A stretch of DNA of 64,000 nt from NCBI GenBank assembly GCA_034660175.1, contig JAYEIQ010000004.1:4152-68151 (forward strand). Reading direction: 5' to 3'. This DNA comes from Patescibacteria group bacterium. Its GTDB lineage: Bacteria; Patescibacteriota; Minisyncoccia; Moranbacterales; DUUL01. The notes below the pieces were generated by a model. It made no database searches and was not told where the DNA came from. It saw nothing but the letters and a program-made list of their open reading frames with translations. Position 1 is the first letter of the stretch; each line of letters begins with the position of its first letter. Below, piece after piece: positions 20,059-28,623 of the stretch. The position numbers and the translations under genes are program-made.

Positions 20059-20973
20059 TTATTGATCATATTTGTCTTTTGATGCCACGAAGAAAAACTC
20101 AGCTGAATCTGCAAAAGCTCCAGTTGGTGAAACTGCTCTGATAACGAAATAATAGCCAATTTTTTCTTTCAGTTTTTTCACTAGGGCTGTTGTTTTCAGA
20201 GTCTCAACTTCCCACAGGTTGTAGTTATAGGGTTTGTTTTTTTCTCTGGAATAGATTCTATACCTCGTAGGTCTTGAAGTGTGGCCCGAAGTGTGGCCCG
20301 GATCCCATTTAAGAGTGGCTTGGCATTTGCCGTTCCGAAAGTCGCTTGCCACTTTTGTCTTTTTAAAGAGATGCACGAAGGCGTGTTGTCCACTTGAAAG
20401 TAAGGCTTGCGAAGTTTGGAATAGGGAAGTGATTCTTCTAATCTCATGGTCTTTTCCGTCTGGAATGCCATCGTTATCAGAATCCTTGTCTAAAATGTTT
20501 ATCTTTCCGTCTTCGTCAAAATCAATATTCCATTTTTTTCCCCAAGTTGCATATTCCTCACCGTCGGGGATTCCGTCATCATCTGAATCCTTTTTGTTTG
20601 GTAGAGTGTGTGTGACTTGTTTCTCAAACTCATCGGTGAGGCCGTCGTTATCAGAATCCAGATCGTCACTGGTCCAGAGAATGATAATTTCGCTTGAATA
20701 CACATGATCTCCGTCGATTTTTGCAGAGATGAAATTTGGAGAGTTTACTTGCAGTGGCAATTTTCCGATGTTAATTGCCAACGTTTTCTTTTTACAATGA
20801 AACTTTTCGCTATACTTGTGACTTTCAATGCCAATATAGATTGTACAATCTGATTCTGAGACTGGTCTACTGCCTATGTCTTCCCAATCCAATTTCATTT
20901 CTTGGGAATTTGCTGCAGAAGCAATTATCAGTAAGACAATTGCAAAACTGATGACTTTTGAGATCATTTCCAT
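20059..20973 (-). CDS. secreted protein with DxDxDG repeats and a C-terminal FN3-like domain
   Basis: signal peptide; DSDNDGLTD, DSDDDGIPDGEE, W..DFDEDGKINILDKDSDNDG; LKWDP..YRIY..YYFVIRAV. Confidence 0.8.
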   Translation of the reverse strand: MEMISKVISFAIVLLIIASAANSQEMKLDWEDIGSRPVSESDCTIYIGIESHKYSEKFHCKKKTLAINIGKLPLQVNSPNFISAKIDGDHVYSSEIIILWTSDDLDSDNDGLTDEFEKQVTHTLPNKKDSDDDGIPDGEEYATWGKKWNIDFDEDGKINILDKDSDNDGIPDGKDHEIRRITSLFQTSQALLSSGQHAFVHLFKKTKVASDFRNGKCQATLKWDPGHTSGHTSRPTRYRIYSREKNKPYNYNLWEVETLKTTALVKKLKEKIGYYFVIRAVSPTGAFADSAEFFFVASKDKYDQ

Positions 20974-21210
20974 GGCTTGCTCCTTTCGTGCTTGTCAATG
21001 TTGTTGTTTGAATTTGGTCCTGAATTTTTAAAAAACTACGAAAATCGATATTTTCGTTTGAGTTTAAGTATATAACAAATTTTGGTTTTTGGCAAGAGAT
21101 ATTCATACTTCTTTTGTAAAAGAGGGGTATGGAGGTTTTTAGCAATTAAGTGAAATTTTTTTATAGTCTCCATTATCTTGATGAAGGGAATCAAGAGTAC
21201 TAACTATACA

Positions 21211-21251
21211 AAAAGAAAAGAGCCTCTCACATGGTTGTGTGAAAGGCTCTT
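21211..21251 (-). terminator. intrinsic terminator of the exbB/exbD-like operon
   Basis: AAGAGCCTCTCACA/TGTGAAAGGCTCTT stem with a T-tract on the minus strand. Confidence 0.7.
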
Positions 21252-21288
21252 GGGTTATGTTCTGTTTGACATGGTTTGCCAAACAAAA

Positions 21289-23181
21289 TCAGTTAACGGA
21301 TTTTTGTACATGTTCAAATTGGTTGAATCCAATAATACTGGTTGTGCGTTTTTCTCCATGGACTTGCACGACGGTTGCATATTCAGGCAAATATCCTCTT
21401 TTTTGAGGTTTGTCCTGATGCATGTCGTTATAACCGAACCCCGTTGGCTCCGTATATGCCAGCACGATTCTTTTCCCGTTTATCGGGAAAAGCACATGAT
21501 TGGGGAATGGGTCTGTTACAAGTTCATGCCAAATCGGGAGCAGTGGCACTACATGTCCGATACTTCCATAATCTAAAGATACTAAGGCAAAGACGTTGTT
21601 GATATCCCGCAAAGTTGGATGCTCGGAAGCGACAAAATAGGCTGCTCCTGAGATTGCATGTCCTTCACAGTCTTCTCCTCTGTTAAACAGTGCCACCAAA
21701 GGAGACATCGGAATCTCAATTGGTCCATTGTATCCAGGCTTACTTTTATCACCTTTGTGGTCAGAGACATAGGGGAGGTTTTCGACGATGAACTTCATTT
21801 GTCTTTCCTCGGCTTCCTGCGGAGTTTGAGCGTCGCCAATGATCTTGTCGGCGATTTGGGTCAGGCGGGCAGTTTTGGTGACATATGGTGAAAAATCATA
21901 TCCGATGTGTGAATTGTGACTGTTGCCACGCGAAGCATAGATTTTCTTGTTTTGCCCTTGTCTGTTTTTACGAACCTGTTGGATCTCATCAAGGATGTCT
22001 TGCATGGTAATGTCAACAGCACCGTCAGCTAACAAGATCGGATCGTCATCTTCCATTCTGAAAAGGTAGGAAAAAGGGATAATAATAGATTGATCCGGTT
22101 GGTGGCTACCCCAAAAACAAAGCTCGTGGTTAGAATTTGTTACTGAAACAGGTACACCAACAACAATGTTCTTTTTACCGAATTCCCATTTGGGATCCAA
22201 TTGGTTTTTGGCCAAGTGAACAATGACATGTTCAACATCTAATTTCTTTTTGTAGATGAAGCGGGTTTGCAGACCTTTGCCGATAATCTCAATGGCAGAT
22301 GGTTCGATGTAGATGCCATATGAGATAGCATAATTTCTTGCAATAACCCATTGTGTTTTTTCGATATCCCATTGTCCGGTTTTGTGGTCGCAAAGGTTAC
22401 TGAAACTATAGAACGCGACCGGCAGTGATTCTTCCGGTTCCACTGAAGGCGCTCCAAGTTCCAAATCAATTCGGTTTTTTCTCCACATTCCATGGGTGTT
22501 GGGACGCAGGCAGAGCCAGGTGTCTTCGGGTTTGACAAGGCGTGTCTGTCCATCGGCAAACTTACGTTTAAAACCTTTTTCCAGGCCTTGCATTCTGTCG
22601 AGCTTCAGAAACGGCTCCATCATGTGACTTTTGACGTTGTGCACATTTCCTGTCACGACCTTGAACTGTCCATAGGGAATGATTTGAAATGCCATTGCCA
22701 AGTTTTCAGAGCCTACGACTTCGGTCATCTTTTTGCCGATCTTCAAGAGGCGAGACTGGGAGACCCAGTCGGTTGCTGGATAGTTCAAGTAGCTCATCGC
22801 AACGTTATACCCGGCGAATCGCAAAGCATCCAAGTCGGTTCCCAATTTTTCACCGTTGCCTTTTTTCACAATGGAAATTGTATCACCAAAAGAAAATATC
22901 CCTTTGACAAAATTTGCGAAGTTTTCCCGCTTTGTAATACGGAAATTCAACGGTTTGTCTGGTGCAGTTGCATAAGCGAGACCGCACACTCCTTTGTACG
23001 AATCGAAATAGCTCCCTGTGTGTTGCAATAAATGATTTCCGGTCATGATTCCAACCAACAGAAATGCCGCTGATACGATTGTCACAAGGCGGAGTTTTTC
23101 CCACAAATTGACCTTCTGAATTCCTTTCGATTCTGGAGAGAATTTAACCTTCTTCCAGGGCTTCTTTTCTAAGTAAGACAT
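21289..23181 (-). CDS. membrane-anchored protein with C-terminal transglutaminase-like (Cys-His-acid) domain
   Basis: single N-terminal TM; LPYVSD...SPLVALFNRGEDCEGHA...GHVV...YTEPTG; AAGGAG RBS. Confidence 0.7.
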   Translation of the reverse strand: MSYLEKKPWKKVKFSPESKGIQKVNLWEKLRLVTIVSAAFLLVGIMTGNHLLQHTGSYFDSYKGVCGLAYATAPDKPLNFRITKRENFANFVKGIFSFGDTISIVKKGNGEKLGTDLDALRFAGYNVAMSYLNYPATDWVSQSRLLKIGKKMTEVVGSENLAMAFQIIPYGQFKVVTGNVHNVKSHMMEPFLKLDRMQGLEKGFKRKFADGQTRLVKPEDTWLCLRPNTHGMWRKNRIDLELGAPSVEPEESLPVAFYSFSNLCDHKTGQWDIEKTQWVIARNYAISYGIYIEPSAIEIIGKGLQTRFIYKKKLDVEHVIVHLAKNQLDPKWEFGKKNIVVGVPVSVTNSNHELCFWGSHQPDQSIIIPFSYLFRMEDDDPILLADGAVDITMQDILDEIQQVRKNRQGQNKKIYASRGNSHNSHIGYDFSPYVTKTARLTQIADKIIGDAQTPQEAEERQMKFIVENLPYVSDHKGDKSKPGYNGPIEIPMSPLVALFNRGEDCEGHAISGAAYFVASEHPTLRDINNVFALVSLDYGSIGHVVPLLPIWHELVTDPFPNHVLFPINGKRIVLAYTEPTGFGYNDMHQDKPQKRGYLPEYATVVQVHGEKRTTSIIGFNQFEHVQKSVN

Positions 23182-23204
23182 GTCAGTTCTCCTTTTTTCT
23201 GGGG

Positions 23205-23600
23205 TTATTTTTTTGTAAAACTGGTTAGAACAGTGCTATCCCAAGCAACTCTTAATTTTTTGCCGTCAGAATGCTTTTCAATTTTGGCTGATAGCGCTGT
23301 GTTCTTGATTCGATCAACGTATCCATAAGGAATGTCTTCTTCGATCATGGCAATTACTTGAACTTGCTGAACTCCTTCGTTGAATGACGATTGGATGATA
23401 TTTGAGAGTTCTCTGGTTTCAACGTAACGACCATTACATTTGGTTCCGTAGTCTCCTTCTGTTTTTTCGATGAAAATGTGAATTTTTGGAACGGGCCTAT
23501 CGCTAGCATTGGATTCCTTGGTCTCGACTTGAGCAGCGATCAGAAAAGCAATACAAAGCAACATGAATGTATCTAGGAATACCCAAATTGTTTTTTTCAT
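23205..23600 (-). CDS. ExbD/TolR-like protein
   Basis: N-terminal TM with Asp (WVFLDTFMLLCIAFLI); C-terminal VIAMIEEDIPYGYV; ATG at 23600 overlaps the upstream stop. Confidence 0.72.
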   Translation of the reverse strand: MKKTIWVFLDTFMLLCIAFLIAAQVETKESNASDRPVPKIHIFIEKTEGDYGTKCNGRYVETRELSNIIQSSFNEGVQQVQVIAMIEEDIPYGYVDRIKNTALSAKIEKHSDGKKLRVAWDSTVLTSFTKK

Positions 23601-24343
23601 TGATTTCTCCTGTTTTCTGCAATTCGGAAGAGCACCAAAACGGTCTTCAATTGGATATTCTTCTCCGAGATAATTGCTTGGGTCAACGTTGAAATGACAA
23701 CTCTTGCCCAAATGGCAAAAACTGTTGTTCCAATGGCATTGCCAACGCCGGCAAACATCGAAACTCCTCCGGCTTTGCTGAGAGTTGCCTCTGCAAGTCC
23801 AAGAGCGGTTCCAAGTAATCCGAGAAGAGGTAGCAGATCTTCCAAGTTCCCAAGTATTTTTGTGCCTTGAAATGTTCTTTCCTCCAGATATCCTTCCAGG
23901 CTAGATTTCACCTCATCAGACCAGTCTGAATGTTCAGAAGTTGCAAACTTTCTAAAGTGCTTCACAAAAAGTGATTTTGCGAAATACTTTTTGGCTGGGA
24001 TCTCTACTCTTGAGAAATCAATGCCATCTTGGTCGACCACCATTTTCTCAACCAACTTTGCTTCTCTTGAAGTATTGATTGAGAGTAGTATTGATCCAAT
24101 AATACCAATGATCGAAAGCAGTACAATGGGGAACATTAACCAGTTTTTTAAGGCGATGAACGCCAAGTGTTGAACAATTGCCATTTTTCCCAAAAGAAAA
24201 GATGAGCAGAACAATACCATAAGTATTGTCCAATATTTCATGGTAAAAATTGCTGATTGAGAAACTTCTTTCCTCATCCTTTTTTTGGTTGTTCTAGGTT
24301 CGTCTTTCACTTTAATTGTCAATTCAGCTTCTTTTGCTCTCAT
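23597..24343 (-). CDS. MotA/TolQ/ExbB proton-channel family protein
   Basis: LPLLGLLGTALGL...GVGNAIGTTVFAI signature; start placed at ATG 24343 after GAGGTG. Confidence 0.82.
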   Translation of the reverse strand: MRAKEAELTIKVKDEPRTTKKRMRKEVSQSAIFTMKYWTILMVLFCSSFLLGKMAIVQHLAFIALKNWLMFPIVLLSIIGIIGSILLSINTSREAKLVEKMVVDQDGIDFSRVEIPAKKYFAKSLFVKHFRKFATSEHSDWSDEVKSSLEGYLEERTFQGTKILGNLEDLLPLLGLLGTALGLAEATLSKAGGVSMFAGVGNAIGTTVFAIWARVVISTLTQAIISEKNIQLKTVLVLFRIAENRRNQ

Positions 24344-24644
24344 GTTCTCCACCTCTCTTTTGTTGACGTGATATATTTTTTCAACCAAAAAAACAACAGA
24401 CTCTTTGTTTTTTGTCTCCCTTATTTTTAAAGTACTAAAGGTACAGGTACTGTTATTTAGTTATCCTTTCTCTAAATAAAAGTACTGCCAATAGTAAATC
24501 GTCTTTTTGCTTTTGTCAAGATTGTTTACTATGCCACGATTATAGCAAAATCACTGCTTGACTACAAGGCAGATGTTTGCAAATATTGATTTGAAAAAAA
24601 GTACCTAATATTCACAAAAATATACTCATAAAAAGGAGCTGGAT

Positions 24645-25961
24645 ATGGAAATTGCGATTTTTGGAACAGGATATGTTGGATTGGTGTCTGGAGCGTGCTT
24701 GTCTAATAAAGGTAGTCGTGTCACATGTGTTGATGTTGATAAGGGAAAAATTGAAATCCTCAACGGTGGTGGTTGTCCAATTCACGAAAAAGATCTTCCT
24801 GCGCGACTTGCAAAGGGCTTTGAATTGGGCACTCTCTCTTTCGCGACTGATGCCATTGAAGCGATTCACAAAAGTGATGTGATCTTCATCACAGTTGGAA
24901 CCCCATCTGGTAGCGGTGGCGAGGCAGATCTGAGTGCAGTCTTTCAAGTGGCCAGGACAATTGGTCAGTCGCTTGAAAAGGACAGTGTCATTGTTCAAAA
25001 ATCAACTGTGCCGGTGGGAACAAGTGACGAGATCGAGCGGATCATCAAGGAGGAGCTTTCCAATCGTGGTGAAGAAATTGATTTCTGGGTTGTATCCAAT
25101 CCAGAGTTTCTCAAAGAAGGAAATGCTGTTCGTGATTTTGAAAGTCCGGACAGGGTGATTATTGGAACCGATAGCGCGTATGCCGAAGAGATTATGCGGA
25201 AAATTTACAAGAGTTTTATGCGCAAAGGTGATCGGATCGTTGTTATGAAAAGGAAAAGCGCCGAAGCAACTAAGTATGCTGCTAATGTGATGTTGGCACT
25301 CAGGGTATCTTTTATAAATCTCATGGCTCGGTTTACTGAGGTTATTGGTGCTGATATTACTGAGGTGAGGGTTGGCGTTGGCAGTGACAAAAGAATTGGA
25401 TCAGACTTTCTTTTCCCCGGTGTTGGCTTTGGTGGTTCTTGTTTTCCAAAAGACGTGAGAGCAATGATCCAGATGTTGCGTGACTGTGAAATAGAGACTG
25501 ACCTGGTTGATGCAATTTTGTCGATCAATGCTTCACAACGGGAATGGTTCATTCGCAAGATCACGAGAACTTTTCCTGATATGGAAAACAGGAGATTTGC
25601 TGTTTGGGGTCTTGCTTTCAAATCAGACACAAACGATGTGCGTGAAGCCCCATCGTTGGACATTGTCAGAGCTATTTTAGTCAATGGTGGAACAGTTGTT
25701 GCCTTTGATTCTGTCGCTGTGGAAAGGTTTGCTGCTGAATTTGGCAGAAACAAAAGATTGAGTTATTCAGCTGACCAATATCAAACGCTGGAAGATTGTG
25801 ATGCACTGGTCATTTTGACAAAAGATGACTGCTATGAAAATCCTGACTTTGTGCGAATGACAAATTTGCTCAGAAAGCCAATAATCTTTGACGGGCGCAA
25901 CCTTTTTGATCCGAAGGAAATGCAGGACTTAGGAATTAAATATTTTTGTGTTGGGAGGTGA
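24645..25961 (+). CDS. ugd: UDP-glucose 6-dehydrogenase
   Basis: GTGYVG, KSTVPVGT, NPEFLKEG, GFGGSCFPKD, GLAFK, DGRN. Confidence 0.95.
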   Translation: MEIAIFGTGYVGLVSGACLSNKGSRVTCVDVDKGKIEILNGGGCPIHEKDLPARLAKGFELGTLSFATDAIEAIHKSDVIFITVGTPSGSGGEADLSAVFQVARTIGQSLEKDSVIVQKSTVPVGTSDEIERIIKEELSNRGEEIDFWVVSNPEFLKEGNAVRDFESPDRVIIGTDSAYAEEIMRKIYKSFMRKGDRIVVMKRKSAEATKYAANVMLALRVSFINLMARFTEVIGADITEVRVGVGSDKRIGSDFLFPGVGFGGSCFPKDVRAMIQMLRDCEIETDLVDAILSINASQREWFIRKITRTFPDMENRRFAVWGLAFKSDTNDVREAPSLDIVRAILVNGGTVVAFDSVAVERFAAEFGRNKRLSYSADQYQTLEDCDALVILTKDDCYENPDFVRMTNLLRKPIIFDGRNLFDPKEMQDLGIKYFCVGR

Positions 25962-25984
25962 AAACAATCAACTGATTGAATAAG

Positions 25985-26019
25985 AAAAAAGCAGTCCGGA
26001 AACTCCAGGACTGCTTTTT
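25985..26019. terminator. bidirectional intrinsic terminator
   Basis: AAAAAAGCAGTCC...GGACTGCTTTTT between convergent genes. Confidence 0.75.
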
Positions 26020-26045
26020 ACACTTGAAGAGTGCAATTGGCAAGA

Positions 26046-26645
26046 TCAGATCATTCTACCGATCAACATGATGATGAAAATTCCAAAAGCATTGAAGATG
26101 AAAGAAACCGTTGCAAAGATTGGATAAGACATATTCTTTGATGCATGGACAAGTGCTGCAGAGAATTCATCAGGGAGGGGAGTTGCAGAAATGATTCCTG
26201 CGAAAACAGGCAGAACATAGCTGCGAACAAACATAGGAGTGAAGCGATCAAGTATTCCGATTACCCATTTGTAGAGTGGATGAGAGGAAATATCATAAAC
26301 CTCTTTTTCAAATGAAATTTTAAGAGTTTTGAAAATGAAATAGTTTCCAAACAACGAGCCAACTGTGGCAATCACTCCTGATACGAAGAAATTTTGTTTT
26401 TCGGAAATAAGCAAAAGAGTGGCAACTGCAGGTCCTGTAGTGAATCCGTGAGAAAAAAACATTCCAGCAAGAAAAGTTCCGACATAGCCAAGTCTGTCAA
26501 GTACTGCATGAAAGTGAAAATTGTTCTCGTCTTTGAAGATCAAATAGCCCAAGAAGATCGAAACAGTTAGAAGCAACAGTTTTGGATATTTGATTCGAAA
26601 AGCAATTCTTTTAAGGATGAGAAATGGATTCAATGAAGCAGACAT
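26046..26645 (-). CDS. hypothetical membrane protein
   Basis: about 5 TM segments; FLAGMFFSHGFTTGP, IISATPLPDE. Confidence 0.75.
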   Translation of the reverse strand: MSASLNPFLILKRIAFRIKYPKLLLLTVSIFLGYLIFKDENNFHFHAVLDRLGYVGTFLAGMFFSHGFTTGPAVATLLLISEKQNFFVSGVIATVGSLFGNYFIFKTLKISFEKEVYDISSHPLYKWVIGILDRFTPMFVRSYVLPVFAGIISATPLPDEFSAALVHASKNMSYPIFATVSFIFNAFGIFIIMLIGRMI

Positions 26646-26783
26646 GGACTTATTTTTTATTTTTAGTTGAGGTAATTTTATGCGAATATCTGGAGCATGT
26701 TCCAGATAAAATGAGTGAACCGACCGTGGGAATCAAGTTCCGATATCACAAAGCTTTATAGGTAGGCCCACAACCTATGTTTA

Positions 26784-26888
26784 TCCCGTTACACTTGAGC
26801 CGAAGATGAGATTCGAACTCACGACCTACGCATTACGAGTGCGTTGCTCTAGCCAACTGAGCTACTTCGGCGCTCAAGTGTAATGGGA
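26784..26888. repeat. 17-bp inverted repeat enclosing tRNA-Thr
   Basis: TCCCGTTACACTTGAGC (26784-26800) / GCTCAAGTGTAATGGGA (26872-26888), one mismatch. Confidence 0.9.
26798..26871 (-). tRNA. tRNA-Thr(CGT)
   Basis: GCCGAAG/CTTCGGC acceptor stem, ACGCA-CTCGTAA-TGCGT anticodon arm, GTTCGAATC T-loop. Confidence 0.95.
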
Positions 26889-26896
26889 CATTGCTC

Positions 26897-26932
26897 CTCG
26901 CCCGACTGAACGACGTCAATCGTTCGGGCGGG
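26897..26932. repeat. 36-nt GC-rich palindromic (REP-like) insertion
   Basis: CTCGCCCGA-CTGAACGACGTCAATCGT-TCGGGCGGG lies exactly between GGTA and GAGC of a tRNA D-loop. Confidence 0.75.
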
Positions 26933-27023
26933 TACCAACTGAGTTATATTGGCTAAATGTAGAATTTGAGCTGGTAACGGAAATTGTCTATCTATTATAG
27001 ATAAAAATCCTTTACTTATCTTG

Positions 27024-27095
27024 AGCGGGTGAGCGGAATCGAACCGCCGTGTCAAGCTTGGGAAGCTTACATAATAACCACTATATGACACCCGC
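27024..27095 (-). tRNA. tRNA-Gly(CCC)
   Basis: GCGGGTG/CACCCGC acceptor stem, TAAGC-TTCCCAA-GCTTG arm, GGTTCGATTCC. Confidence 0.93.
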
Positions 27096-27113
27096 AAGTT
27101 TTTTCTTTTCAAT

Positions 27114-27185
27114 CTTGCCTGCCCATTCGCCGAGCTTGCGAGGTGGGTGGGGGAAGGTCGTATTTTACCACTAAACTATACCCGC
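27114..27185 (-). pseudogene. 5' half of a tRNA-Gly with a palindromic insertion in the anticodon; 3' half absent
   Basis: GCGGGTATAGTTTAGTGGTAAAATACGACCTTCC[CCCACCCACCTCGCAAGCTCGGCGAATGGGCAGG]CAAG. Confidence 0.72.
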
Positions 27186-27212
27186 AATGAGAGCTTTTCA
27201 CTGTACAAAACA

Positions 27213-27257
27213 ATTCTATCTTGAATCGTTGATTTTTTCAACAAGCTGAGGTACAAT
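27213..27257. promoter_or_regulatory. overlapping divergent sigma70-type promoters (tRNA cluster / prfB)
   Basis: minus strand TTGAAA-17-TAGAAT (27241-27213); plus strand TTGATT-17-TACAAT (27229-27257). Confidence 0.5.
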
Positions 27258-27425
27258 CAAGTTTGTATCAAGAGTCAAATATCGAATTGGAACGTCAAAT
27301 CATTATTGCTTCATAAAAATTTTCAGACACTGTTTTTGTTAGTCACTACGCTCTAAAAATTTTTATTCATCAACAATAATTTGGCAAAAAGAAAGACTAT
27401 GTTTTTGTCTTTCAAAATCAAAAAA

Positions 27426-28536
27426 ATGACCTTTGACGAACTGAAGAAAAATACAAAGCAATTGAAAAATAAAACCCGCACTTTAGCGGACTGTCTTTGA
27501 CTGGGACGAAAAGAAAACAAAACTTGAGCAGTTGGAAAAACAAACGGGAGAAGGGGGTTTCTGGAATGACTATGAAAAGGCTGGCAAAATTTCCAAAGAA
27601 ATTGAATCTCTCAAAAAAGAAATTAAGTCTTGGGAGGGACTCAGTGCTCAAGTTGATGATCTGGAGAAGTTTGTGGGAGAGATCTATGCTGAAGATGCAG
27701 AAGAGATCGATTTGGCTAGTCAGCAAATCTTTGAAACTCAGCAGCAGTTTGATGTTCTTGAAAAGCAAACGCTTTTTTCTGAGCTACATGACAGAAATGA
27801 TGCAGTGCTTTCAATCCATGCAGGTGCAGGAGGAGATGATGCCCAAGATTGGGCAGGAATGCTTTTGAGAATGTTCTTGCGTTTTGCTGAGCGGAAGGAT
27901 TTTGGTGCAAAGATCATCAGCGAATCAAAGGGGGCTGAAGCTGGGATTAAAAGTGCAACAATCGAAATTTCTGGCAATTTGGCATTTGGAAATTTGCGAT
28001 CTGAAGCTGGAGTGCACAGATTGATTCGTCTTTCACCTTTTAATTCTGACAATTTGCGACAAACATCTTTTGCTCTGGTTGAAGTGATTCCTCTGTTGGA
28101 AGGAAATGATGAGATCGAAATTTCTCCAGCTGATTTGAAGATTGATACATATCGTTCAAGCGGAGCGGGAGGGCAAAGCGTGAACACGACTGACAGTGCT
28201 GTGCGTGTCACTCATGGGCCAACTGGAATTGTGGTTACTTGTCAAAATGAACGCTCACAGCTTCAAAATAAGGAAAAGGCATTGGCGATTTTGCGTTCAA
28301 AACTGATTCAGAGGAAAGAGCAGGAAGAAATTGACGAAACAAAAAAATTGAAAGGAGAACACAAAAGCGCTGAGTGGGGAAATCAGATTAGGTCATATGT
28401 TTTGCATCCATACAAAATGGTGAAAGATCACAGAACCGGAAATCAAACATCAGATGTTGAAAATGTGTTGGATGGGGATTTGGAAGAATTTGTTGAGAGT
28501 TGGTTGCGTTTGCAACAAAAGGGAGTTGAGGGGTAA
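27426..28536 (+). CDS. prfB: peptide chain release factor 2 with programmed +1 frameshift
   Basis: short ORF from ATG 27426 ends at CTT-TGA-C (27495-27501); the +1 frame has SPF and GGQ motifs and WGNQIRSY. Confidence 0.95.
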
Positions 28537-28623
28537 TAATTTCATGAATGGACAGAAGGTGTAATAATGTTAAAATGTTAAAAGAAACAACAAAATAAAA
28601 AGTTATCAGATCCAAATAAAAAA

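Larger units (their letters stand above)
26718..26953 (-). pseudogene. degenerate tRNA (Thr-like) interrupted in the D-, anticodon- and T-loops
   Basis: GCCAATATAACTCAGTTGGTA[36 nt]GAGCAATGT[IR+tRNA]ATAAACATAGGTTGTGGG[~29 nt]CTTGATTCCCACGGTCGGTT; acceptor stem poorly paired. Confidence 0.6.

Noticed and set aside
23205-24343. Zorya ZorAB or flagellar MotAB
   Set aside because: The A subunit has no long cytoplasmic tail, the B subunit has no OmpA-like peptidoglycan-binding motif, and there are no ZorC/D/E or flagellar neighbours.
26872-26896. tRNA-Val(TAC) suggested by TTACA on the minus strand
   Set aside because: The motif is part of the inverted-repeat arm and has no matching anticodon stem.
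26849-27112. 87-aa ORF
   Set aside because: It overlaps tRNA genes on the same strand, so it is spurious.
26718-27185. Group I/II introns or a prophage att site in the tRNAs
   Set aside because: The inserts are too short for ribozymes, and I saw no integrase or duplicated tRNA 3' end in the window.
27431-27437. Second CTTTGAC near the prfB start
   Set aside because: It is read ACC-TTT-GAC, so the TGA is out of frame.
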